Made by a program: the position numbers and the translations under genes | The notes under the pieces: generated by a model | Seen by the model: the letters and a program-made list of their open reading frames with translations, nothing else | What the model was told of the DNA's origin: nothing | The model's database searches: none | Source of the DNA: Anaerohalosphaeraceae bacterium | Lineage (GTDB): Bacteria; Planctomycetota; Phycisphaerae; Sedimentisphaerales; Anaerohalosphaeraceae | DNA: 44,148 bases | Direction of reading: 5' to 3' | NCBI GenBank assembly: GCA_050309605.1 | Contig: JBNRMN010000008.1 | Span: 1-44,148 of the forward strand | In this document: positions 1-7,850 of the stretch, piece after piece | Numbering within the stretch: position 1 is the stretch's first letter | Layout of the letters: every line of letters starts with the position of its first letter

Positions 1-2151
1 GGTATATTCGAGCCATTCGCCGGCTTCGGCATAGACGGCATACGCCGCGCCGCCGTCGTTGACGAGCATAATATCCACCGCCTCGTCAGGGCGGTACTGA
101 CCATAGCCGTTGACTCCGGAGCGGTCGTAATACGAAATCCACTGGCCGCCGATGTCGTAATCTTCAAATTCCAGCCGTCCGGGGATTTCGATAGGAGTGC
201 CCCCATACGGCATTCGGCTGGCGAACCGCAGCCAGTTCACGCGAAAGCCCGTGCCGATAAATTCCAGTTTCAGTTGAGCATTTTCCCGGTCGGGCAGGGG
301 CAGACAAGGCGCCGAGACGGTCTGCCAGGTGGTCAGCGAGCCGGTGTCGGGCACCTCGACGGTCGCCAGCAGTTCCTCATCCAGCCAGACAAGAATCTGT
401 CCGCCGGTCTGGGTGGAGGCCACGCGGGCAAAGACGTCGGTCTGGGCGGCTGTACTGTGAACCGTATAGACCAGCCATTCACCGTCCTCGATGTCGCCGA
501 TAGCATGCGCTCCTTGTTGATCGGTCACGGCATAGATGTCCACGTTTTCAAATGTTCGCAGTGCACCGCCGGCATTGCCGATGGTGGTATCGTAATAGGC
601 AATGTCCGGGCCGCCGAAATCAAACTGCTCGGCCTGAATCGTGCCGGGGATCGGATGCGGCTGACCGCCCCACGGCGTCAACCCCGACCGCTCGGAGACA
701 ATGTGCCCCACTTCGGAAGGCGACAAAGCATAACTGTAAACACGAAAATCGTCAATCCGCCCCTTAAACAGAGGGTCATCATTGAACTGGCTGCGTCCGA
801 TATAATTTCTGTTTGCTGCAAAATCAGTCGGCCGGTTAGTGACATTATGATTGACGGCGACCGGATCGCCGTTGACATACAATCGGGCGGTATTGCCGCT
901 GAGCGTTACTGCGATATGCACCCATTGGCCGACGGGCAATGGGGCGGTTTCCACGATCTGTTCGCCGCTTTGGTATAGAACCCCGCTGCGGATGGCAAAC
1001 CGCAGGGTATTATTGCCGGATCGCGGCGTCAGAAACATATATTGTGAAGTGCCTGTGCCGAAATCGAAGATACGCTGCCAGGCATTGCCGCCGTCCCAAT
1101 GGACCCACGCCGCCACGGTGAACGCAACGGTCGCCGCTTCGGACGGCAGCGCCACATAGTCGCTTGTTCCGTTCAGTTCAATGGCCTGTCCAATCATACC
1201 GGCGGTGTACTGCGGCGATCCGACCGCCGTTGCGTGATAGTTGCCGAGCAGATCATTCTCATTGCCGTCAAATCCCCAATGCGCGACGAACCGTTCAGTT
1301 GTCAAGCGGGCCGGCCGCGAATTCAGAGAGGCCGAACCCGAACGCGAAACCGTGCAATAGTAAAGCCCTTCGTCGCCGGCGCTGACATTGGCGATTTGGA
1401 GCACGGATGTCGTTGCTCCGGATATGTTGCTGCTGTTGGTCAGAGGGGTTGGGTTACCCTGTTTGTACCACTGATACCCCTGGGCGTTGGCCGCCTGAAT
1501 CTGAAATACGGCTGTCCCGCCGAGCGGGACAATCTGCGGTGCGGGTTCCTGGGCAATCCCCAAAATCCCCATATCGCAGACCAGGGCGGCCGTCATCCGG
1601 ATATGACGTATCCGATTGATGAAGCCGTCTTCATTGTCGTAATTAAGCCCATACGGCCAGAAATGCGTACCGTCGCCGTGAAGCACCGCGCCGGGGCCGT
1701 CAAATGTCTGAATAGCGGCGGCGGCATAGGCCCCATTGACGTGCCAATTCCAGTGCGTTCCCACGCCCAGCGTATGTGCGATTTCATGAAGGGCGACGCG
1801 GGTATTTCGCGAACCGCCGAATCGAATCGACCCGTTAATATTTCCATCGGCTGTGGGAACGCCGGCATTATACTGAATATTCAGGTGTTTATTAAATGAG
1901 CCGTGTTGGTTGTAAAGGGCGACCGCCTCGGCGATGGACGTCTCGATTTGGCTTCGAATATCCGTCGGCCAGCTTGACGGATTGTTGAGCGTATAAGTAA
2001 TGTCGGCATAGAGACACACAGAACCGGCAAGCAAAAAGCTGAGAAGAAGCATACATAATCGAGCGGCTTTAACCGCTTCGGGGCGGGCTTGTGTGCTGCG
2101 GTTGTCGCGGCCGTACTGCGACATCCCGACGCTTTGATGACAGGACACCAT
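1..2151 (-). CDS. Secreted multidomain protein, truncated at the window edge: HEXXH zinc metallopeptidase-like domain + Ig-like domain + LamG/ConA-like domain + at least two CBM6-like modules
   Basis: Absent from the ORF track because it runs off the edge; translated by hand. ATG at 2151 with GGAG 8 nt upstream. Hydrophobic signal (LCMLLLSFLLAGSVCLYA); VALHEIAHTLGVG (HEIAH at 1774-1788); HFWPYGLNYDNE; Ig motifs YQWYK and DEGLYYC; LamG motifs AHWGFDGN, WVHIAVT, GRIDDFRVY; repeated CBM6-like IPG.I.AE.FD.GG...VDI...GEWL.YT. Confidence 0.8.
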   Translation of the reverse strand, partial: MVSCHQSVGMSQYGRDNRSTQARPEAVKAARLCMLLLSFLLAGSVCLYADITYTLNNPSSWPTDIRSQIETSIAEAVALYNQHGSFNKHLNIQYNAGVPTADGNINGSIRFGGSRNTRVALHEIAHTLGVGTHWNWHVNGAYAAAAIQTFDGPGAVLHGDGTHFWPYGLNYDNEDGFINRIRHIRMTAALVCDMGILGIAQEPAPQIVPLGGTAVFQIQAANAQGYQWYKQGNPTPLTNSSNISGATTSVLQIANVSAGDEGLYYCTVSRSGSASLNSRPARLTTERFVAHWGFDGNENDLLGNYHATAVGSPQYTAGMIGQAIELNGTSDYVALPSEAATVAFTVAAWVHWDGGNAWQRIFDFGTGTSQYMFLTPRSGNNTLRFAIRSGVLYQSGEQIVETAPLPVGQWVHIAVTLSGNTARLYVNGDPVAVNHNVTNRPTDFAANRNYIGRSQFNDDPLFKGRIDDFRVYSYALSPSEVGHIVSERSGLTPWGGQPHPIPGTIQAEQFDFGGPDIAYYDTTIGNAGGALRTFENVDIYAVTDQQGAHAIGDIEDGEWLVYTVHSTAAQTDVFARVASTQTGGQILVWLDEELLATVEVPDTGSLTTWQTVSAPCLPLPDRENAQLKLEFIGTGFRVNWLRFASRMPYGGTPIEIPGRLEFEDYDIGGQWISYYDRSGVNGYGQYRPDEAVDIMLVNDGGAAYAVYAEAGEWLEYT

Positions 2152-2184
2152 AACGAAAACTCCGGTCTGCAATTGAATCAGTAA

Positions 2185-2196
2185 CTGAACGTTCAG
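2185..2196. promoter_or_regulatory. Perfect 12-bp palindrome CTGAACGTTCAG, candidate operator
   Basis: Seen directly, 34 nt upstream of the start of the multidomain peptidase gene. Confidence 0.4.
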
Positions 2197-2325
2197 ATGT
2201 TTACTCGTTAAGAGCAAATATCGTACTTTTTTAGCGCACAATTTCGCGGTTTTTCATATTTTCAGACAAACTGATCTTTCCGGATGAACATTAAAGAGAG
2301 TTTGATGTGCCTAAAATTCGCCCTA

Positions 2326-2709
2326 TTACATCCGAAAGACCGAATCGTCAATGACCTGGCCGCAGTAGAAGCAAACCGAATGGCGTGCGCCGACCATTCG
2401 CCCGCAGTTGCTGCATTCGACCGATTTTCGCTGGTTTTTGCCGTCCAGTGTGCCGTCGCGCATATCGATTTCGTACAGTTTGTTGTGCAGGTCGTTGAGT
2501 GTCAGGCCGGTGCGTTCACTGAGCAGCTCCCATAAAGCCTCACAGATCAGCAGGGTTTTGGCCTGATTCTCCTCAAGCATTTTAAGCGACCGCTCAGCAC
2601 GATCGACGCGGCTGGCGGCGCGGGCGGCATCGTGTGAAGCGGCCGCAGAGGCCATCACCGAGTCGAGATTACCGGACGTCATTCCGAATAAGCCATTTAA
2701 TGGCGGCAT
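2326..2709 (-). CDS. Small hypothetical protein with a helical region and a C-terminal zinc ribbon
   Basis: ORF 2326-2790; start moved to ATG 2709 because of an AGGAG RBS; CSNC and CFYC pairs at the C-terminus. Confidence 0.75.
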   Translation of the reverse strand: MPPLNGLFGMTSGNLDSVMASAAASHDAARAASRVDRAERSLKMLEENQAKTLLICEALWELLSERTGLTLNDLHNKLYEIDMRDGTLDGKNQRKSVECSNCGRMVGARHSVCFYCGQVIDDSVFRM

Positions 2710-2886
2710 TGCGTGTCTCCTTTCGTAAAAAGTCTGTGATTCACCCCTTTTTGCCTGTAACAATCCAAAAAAACAAGAACGGTTCCGCATTTTTCTTTTA
2801 TATGGATTTTGCCGGTTTAAGGCAAGTTTAATGCTCGAGAACTGTGCGGCCGCGCAGTCGCTGTGTCGGGGACGGCAAAATCGGGT

Positions 2887-2913
2887 TAAGTCGTAACAGA
2901 TACCGGTCGAAAA
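2887..2913 (+). promoter_or_regulatory. Candidate sigma28 (FliA)-like promoter
   Basis: TAAG-N15-GTCGAAAA against consensus TAAA-N15-GCCGATAA, upstream of a stand-alone receiver gene. Confidence 0.3.
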
Positions 2914-2949
2914 TAGAAAGACGAGAATGTCTTGAGATAATTCGATAAA

Positions 2950-3345
2950 ATGGACAAAAAAACTGTATTATTCGTGGATGACGATGAGAAAGTTCTGGAG
3001 ACCCTGAAGCTCGGCCTGATCGGTGAGCCGTATGACCGCCTTTTCGCCAAGAGTGCCCAAGAGGCCGTGCAGATGATGGAATCCGAGACTATCCACGTCA
3101 TTGTATCAGACTTGAAAATGCCGGAAATGAACGGGTTGGAGCTGCTGCGGATTGTGCGGGAAAAATGGCCGTCCGTGGTACGGATGGTTTTGTCCGGACA
3201 TACGCAGGTGTCAACACTTCTTCATGCCATCAATTGCGGGCACATCTACAAATTCATCGTCAAACCCTGGACGCTTGAGGACGATTTCAAGCCGGCCGTT
3301 CGCGATGCCCTTGCGTATTTTGATTCGCAAGCCGTTCTGCGTTGA
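2950..3345 (+). CDS. Single-domain response regulator (receiver)
   Basis: VLFVDDD, phospho-Asp in IVSDLKMPEMNG, VLSG, FIVKPW. Confidence 0.92.
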   Translation: MDKKTVLFVDDDEKVLETLKLGLIGEPYDRLFAKSAQEAVQMMESETIHVIVSDLKMPEMNGLELLRIVREKWPSVVRMVLSGHTQVSTLLHAINCGHIYKFIVKPWTLEDDFKPAVRDALAYFDSQAVLR

Positions 3346-3379
3346 CCTGAGTTTTTCAAGCGGTATCCAATCGACATTG

Positions 3380-3421
3380 TCTTCAAAAAAAACCGGTTTA
3401 CACTATGGTTTTTTTCGAAGA
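3380..3421. repeat. Inverted repeat (14/15 bp arms), possible terminator after the receiver gene
   Basis: TCTTCAAAAAAAACC-N12-GGTTTTTTTCGAAGA. Confidence 0.4.
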
Positions 3422-3584
3422 AGCACACATTTGATTGTCATATTATAGAAAATTATCCGCCCATCGTCCGTAAATATGGTTAATAAGTGCACCGATCATG
3501 CGATTTATAAATAGGTTGTGGGTGTGTGAATTCGTGAAAAAACAAAAAAAATTCGCAAAATGGTAATTTGTTTTTCAAAAAACG

Positions 3585-3593
3585 TGCTATAAT
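3585..3593 (+). promoter_or_regulatory. Extended -10 promoter element
   Basis: TGcTATAAT in an AT-rich region ~140 nt upstream of the prepilin-type gene. Confidence 0.5.
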
Positions 3594-3732
3594 AAGTTAG
3601 TTCTGTCAGCTCTATCATGTTGAATTTTTTGACCCGCTTTCAGATTGACTGTCCAATTGGGCGGCATAAACTGCATATTCTTATATGAGGCGTCATATTA
3701 ACGGACGAAACCAATTTTTAATGAGGTTAAGC

Positions 3733-4599
3733 ATGGGCCGAACAAGAAAAAAAGGATTTACGTTAATTGAACTGCTTGTGGTCGTTGCCATCATTGCACT
3801 GCTGCTGAGTATTGTCGTACCTTCTTTAAATCGTGCCAAGATCTATGCGCAGCGAATTATGTGCGGAAATAACCTCAGACAGCAGTCGCTGGGGATTATG
3901 CTGTATGCCGAGCAGAATGATTCACGGGTTCCGTGGACGTTAGCCGGAGTGTGGTTGTGGGATGTGAGCTTTTGGTCCACCAACCAAATCAAGCAATACG
4001 CCGGCTTTAAGGAAAATGATACGTTTTTCTGTCCCGGTAATCGTTTGGCGACACCGGAAGACGCACGCTATTGGCAATACGGTTTAATTGACGGCACGGG
4101 GCCATATCCTAACCCTGTACCTCTTCGTGACGAGACTACGATCGCAGAGAATCAACAAAAATACGTTCGCTATCGGGTGTTGCCCTATATCTATATGCTT
4201 CAAAAGTATGATAGTAGTGGAAACCCCTCTCTTGAAAGTACGTTGGTAACCGGCGAACAAGCCAAATGGATTACCAAGTTATCCGATGTACGAAATGCCG
4301 GTTCCACCGAAATGGTTGCCGATTCAATCATCGCCGGTACGTCTGATTTGGGCGGCCTGGCCTTTTTTGAAATTACAGCCGGCGGTATCGATGAATTAAG
4401 CGGGGGGGTGCTTCGAGATAATTCAAACCACAGATCGCGTCATAACTTTCCGACGGGTCATACGTATCGCGGCCCTAAACCGGAAGGAGGAAACATAGGT
4501 TTTGCGGACGGCCATGTCAGTTGGCGAATGTATGGGGATGCGGTCAATCCGGATATGCGCTGGCGTTACACCACTGCTGGGATGCGTTTCTGGTGGTAG
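3733..4599 (+). CDS. Prepilin-type N-terminal cleavage/methylation protein with H-X-DG processing-associated motif (DUF1559-like, PVC family)
   Basis: KKG|FTLIELLVVVAIIALLLSIVVPSL, C..NLRQ, FFCP, GGNIGFADGHV; start set at ATG 3733 after GAGG (the ORF extends to 3685). Confidence 0.9.
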   Translation: MGRTRKKGFTLIELLVVVAIIALLLSIVVPSLNRAKIYAQRIMCGNNLRQQSLGIMLYAEQNDSRVPWTLAGVWLWDVSFWSTNQIKQYAGFKENDTFFCPGNRLATPEDARYWQYGLIDGTGPYPNPVPLRDETTIAENQQKYVRYRVLPYIYMLQKYDSSGNPSLESTLVTGEQAKWITKLSDVRNAGSTEMVADSIIAGTSDLGGLAFFEITAGGIDELSGGVLRDNSNHRSRHNFPTGHTYRGPKPEGGNIGFADGHVSWRMYGDAVNPDMRWRYTTAGMRFWW

Positions 4600-4626
4600 T
4601 GCATTGTTTTATCATAGGATCTGCTC

Positions 4627-4664
4627 AGACCTGTTTTTGTACAAAAAACAGGTCTCTTTTTTTT
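4627..4664 (+). terminator. Intrinsic terminator
   Basis: AGACCTGTTTTT-gtaca-AAAAACAGGTCT followed by C and T8, 27 nt after the stop codon. Confidence 0.8.
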
Positions 4665-4708
4665 GGGGCAATTTTCGCAAAACGTCCTGAAATTTATCAA
4701 AATAATCA

Positions 4709-4738
4709 TTGACAGTCCCGATAGAGAAGGGCTAAAAT
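4709..4738 (+). promoter_or_regulatory. sigma70-type promoter of the galM-SSS-araB-araD operon
   Basis: TTGACA-N18-TAAAAT. Confidence 0.6.
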
Positions 4739-4798
4739 GCCGGTCAATTCAAGGTCTATTGAATCTGTTTTCATAACCTGAGCACGGGAGGCTTTACA

Positions 4799-5989
4799 AT
4801 GAACGGATTAGTGTTTCGGATGGGTTCAGCGGTCATTCTGGCGGGCGCGTTGGTGTTCAGCGGCTGTGCCGGGTTGAGCGAATCATCACACACGCGGGAA
4901 GGGAAAGGCAAGATGAGCATCACACAATCGGATTTCGGCGTCCTGGCGGACGGACAAAAGGCCACGCTTTACACACTGACCAACGCCAACGGGGCGGTCG
5001 CCAAAATCACCGACTTCGGCGGCATTGTAACGGAACTCTGGATGCCGGACAAAAACGGCAAACTCGGCGACATTGTGCTCGGCTTTGATTCCGTGGAAGG
5101 CTATTTAAGCGATGCGTATAAGGCCAGCGGTCCGTATTTCGGCGCCCTGATCGGCCGTTACGGCAACCGCATCGGCCAAGGTCAATTCACACTGGACGGT
5201 ACAACCTACACGCTGGCGACCAACAATGGCCCCAACCACTTGCACGGCGGTCTGAAAGGCTTTGACAAGGTGCTGTGGAAGGCCGAGCCGGTCAAAGGCA
5301 GCGACGGCGTGGGCCTCAAACTGCGCTATCGCAGCAAAGATATGGAAGAAGGCTATCCGGGCAATCTGGAGGTAACCGTAGTCTATACGCTGACCAACAA
5401 CAATGAACTGCGTGTTGATTACACCGCAACCACCGACAAGCCGACGGTCTGCAATTTGACCAATCATAGTTATTTCAATTTGGCCGGCCAAGGCAGCGGC
5501 GACATCCTCAAACATGAACTGATGCTGAATGCCGATCATTATACACCGGTTGATGAGGGGCTGATTCCCACCGGCGAGATTCTTCAGGTCGAAAATACAC
5601 CCATGGATTTCAGGCGTCCGACGGCCATCGGCGCCCGCATTGACAACCATTTTGATCAGTTGGTGTACGGGCAGGGCTACGATCACAACTGGGTGCTGAA
5701 GAAAAACCACAACGGCGAAATGACGCTGGCGGCCCGCGTTCGGGAACAGACCAGCGGGCGCGTGATGGAGATTTGGACCACCGAGCCGGGGATTCAGTTT
5801 TACGCGGGCAACTTCCTGGACGCAACGCTGACCGGCAAAGAGGGCAAGGTCTATCGCCATCGTTACGGCTTCTGTCTTGAAACGCAGCATTTCCCGGACA
5901 GCCCCAACAAGCCGCAGTTCCCGACGACGGTGCTGCGTCCGGGTGAAACCTACAGCACGACGACAATTCACAAGTTTACCACGCGGTAA
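4799..5989 (+). CDS. galM: Aldose 1-epimerase (mutarotase) with a lipoprotein-type signal peptide
   Basis: GRYGNRI, NHLHGG, NLTNHSYFNL, YDHNW, FCLETQHFPDSPN; N-terminal hydrophobic stretch ending in LVFSG|C. Confidence 0.93.
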   Translation: MNGLVFRMGSAVILAGALVFSGCAGLSESSHTREGKGKMSITQSDFGVLADGQKATLYTLTNANGAVAKITDFGGIVTELWMPDKNGKLGDIVLGFDSVEGYLSDAYKASGPYFGALIGRYGNRIGQGQFTLDGTTYTLATNNGPNHLHGGLKGFDKVLWKAEPVKGSDGVGLKLRYRSKDMEEGYPGNLEVTVVYTLTNNNELRVDYTATTDKPTVCNLTNHSYFNLAGQGSGDILKHELMLNADHYTPVDEGLIPTGEILQVENTPMDFRRPTAIGARIDNHFDQLVYGQGYDHNWVLKKNHNGEMTLAARVREQTSGRVMEIWTTEPGIQFYAGNFLDATLTGKEGKVYRHRYGFCLETQHFPDSPNKPQFPTTVLRPGETYSTTTIHKFTTR

Positions 5990-6042
5990 GCGGAATGGGT
6001 CTTTTTCGGCGATTTTCTGAACTCTCATAGAAAGGGGAAGGC

Positions 6043-7803
6043 ATGACGTCTTTACATTATGTTGACTGGCTTGTTATTCTGGGTTACTTCGTCATTGTGT
6101 TCGGTATTGCGTGGTGGGCCTATCTGAAGGAAAAGATGTCGCAAACGACCGACGAATATTTTCTTGCCGGACGCAATCTGGGCTGGTGGGTCATCGGAGC
6201 GGCGGTGTTTTCGTCCAACATTGGTTCTGAACACCTGGTCGGTCTGGCCGGTTCAGGGGCGACCGACGGGGTGGCGATGGCCCATTACGAGCTGCACGCC
6301 TGGTGTCTGCTGGTGCTGGCGTGGATCATGGTGCCGTTCTATATGCGGTCGAAGGTCTTTACGATGCCGGAGTTTCTGGAACGGCGATTTTCGCCCATCA
6401 ACCGAACCGTGCTGTCGGTGATTTCGCTGGTTGCATATGTACTGACCAAGCTGGCGGTGGGTATTTTTGCCGGCGGGGTGGCCTTTGCCGTCCTGATCCC
6501 CGACATTACGTTTATGGGGCTGGACAGCTTCTGGATCGGTTCTATTCTCGTGATTGTGCTGACGGGCATCTATACGATTATGGGCGGGATGCGTGCGGTG
6601 GCCTATACCTCGGCGATTCAGACGATCATCCTGGTGGTCGGGTCGGCCAGTGTGACCTATTTCGGCCTCAAGGCGCTCGGCGGCTGGGGCGAACTTCGCA
6701 GTTGGGCCGGTTCGGAGATGTTTAACCTGTGGAAGCCGCTGGTGCCGGAGGGAGTCGAGGCGACCTGGGCGCCGGTGAAGGAATCGACGCGCATGGCCTG
6801 GTATTTCAACGACAACTACCCCTGGATCGGGATGCTTTTCTGTGCACCGATCATCGGCCTGTGGTACTGGTGTACGGATCAGTATATCGTGCAGCGTGTG
6901 CTCGGCGCACAAAACGAGCAGGTTGCCCGTCGCGGCTCCATCTGCTCGGCGGCGCTGAAGCTGCTGCCGGTGTTTATCTTTATCATTCCGGGAATGATTG
7001 CCTTTGCATTGGCCAAAAGCGGACAGAACGCCGCTTTGGCCGAGACGTTCTTTGACGAGAGCGGCCAAATCATCCGCGACAATGCTCAGCAGGCATTCCC
7101 CAGGCTCGTGGCCGAAGTGCTGCCGATCGGCGTCCGCGGGATCGTCGTCGCCGGGCTGCTGGCGGCCCTGATGAGTTCGCTGGCCGGGGCGTTCAATGCC
7201 TCCGCGGCGCTGTTTACAATTGATTTTTATTCAAAACTGCGCCCCGAAGCCACTCAGAAACGAATCGTCTGGGTCGGTCGTGTGGCCACCGCCGTAATGG
7301 TGCTGATCGGATTGGCCTGGATTCCCGTGATCAAAGGCGGCAAAGGCCTGTATGACTATTTGCAGGGGATTCAATCGTATCTGGCGCCGCCGATTTTTGT
7401 CGTCTTTTTCTTGGGCGTCTTCAGCAAACGGCTCAACGCCAAGGGCTGTCTGTGGGCACTGATTGTCGGCTTTGCGCTGGGGCTTTTCCGGTTGGCCGTG
7501 GATACGCCGGTCAAATTGATCCCCGATTTTACGTACCCCGAAGGGTCATTCTTCTGGGTTGTGAACAATATGTACTTCCAGTACTATAGTTTGGTTATCT
7601 TTTTGACCTCAATCGCCGTGATGGTGGTGGTCAGCTATATGACCAACGAACCGGCTTATGAGAAGATCAACGGTCTGACCTACGGCACGCTGACCGAGGA
7701 AGACCGCAAAGCGTCGCGGGCGTCGTGGAACAAGTGGGATGTGATTGCCTCGGCAGGCGTCCTTGTGGCGATTTTGGCGGCGTACTTGTATTTCCGCGGT
7801 TAA
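6043..7803 (+). CDS. Sodium:solute symporter (SSS/SGLT-like sugar transporter), probably for L-arabinose
   Basis: EYFLAGR, SNIGSEHLVGLAG, TMPEFLERRF, WYWCTDQYIVQRVL; many TM helices; lies between galM and araB. Confidence 0.9.
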   Translation: MTSLHYVDWLVILGYFVIVFGIAWWAYLKEKMSQTTDEYFLAGRNLGWWVIGAAVFSSNIGSEHLVGLAGSGATDGVAMAHYELHAWCLLVLAWIMVPFYMRSKVFTMPEFLERRFSPINRTVLSVISLVAYVLTKLAVGIFAGGVAFAVLIPDITFMGLDSFWIGSILVIVLTGIYTIMGGMRAVAYTSAIQTIILVVGSASVTYFGLKALGGWGELRSWAGSEMFNLWKPLVPEGVEATWAPVKESTRMAWYFNDNYPWIGMLFCAPIIGLWYWCTDQYIVQRVLGAQNEQVARRGSICSAALKLLPVFIFIIPGMIAFALAKSGQNAALAETFFDESGQIIRDNAQQAFPRLVAEVLPIGVRGIVVAGLLAALMSSLAGAFNASAALFTIDFYSKLRPEATQKRIVWVGRVATAVMVLIGLAWIPVIKGGKGLYDYLQGIQSYLAPPIFVVFFLGVFSKRLNAKGCLWALIVGFALGLFRLAVDTPVKLIPDFTYPEGSFFWVVNNMYFQYYSLVIFLTSIAVMVVVSYMTNEPAYEKINGLTYGTLTEEDRKASRASWNKWDVIASAGVLVAILAAYLYFRG

Positions 7804-7850
7804 TCAGGAAAACAGAACCGATGTTTGCTGGATGAGTATGAGGTGAGACG

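Noticed and set aside
274..1899. Long plus-strand ORFs (274-978, 1099-1899)
   Set aside because: Antisense shadows of the minus-strand multidomain gene; no recognisable motifs
2752..2763. 12-mer TGCCTGTAACAA repeated at 14998-15009, 41-43 nt upstream of two minus-strand starts
   Set aside because: One 12-mer match among several kb of intergenic DNA is near chance expectation, and the genes are functionally unrelated
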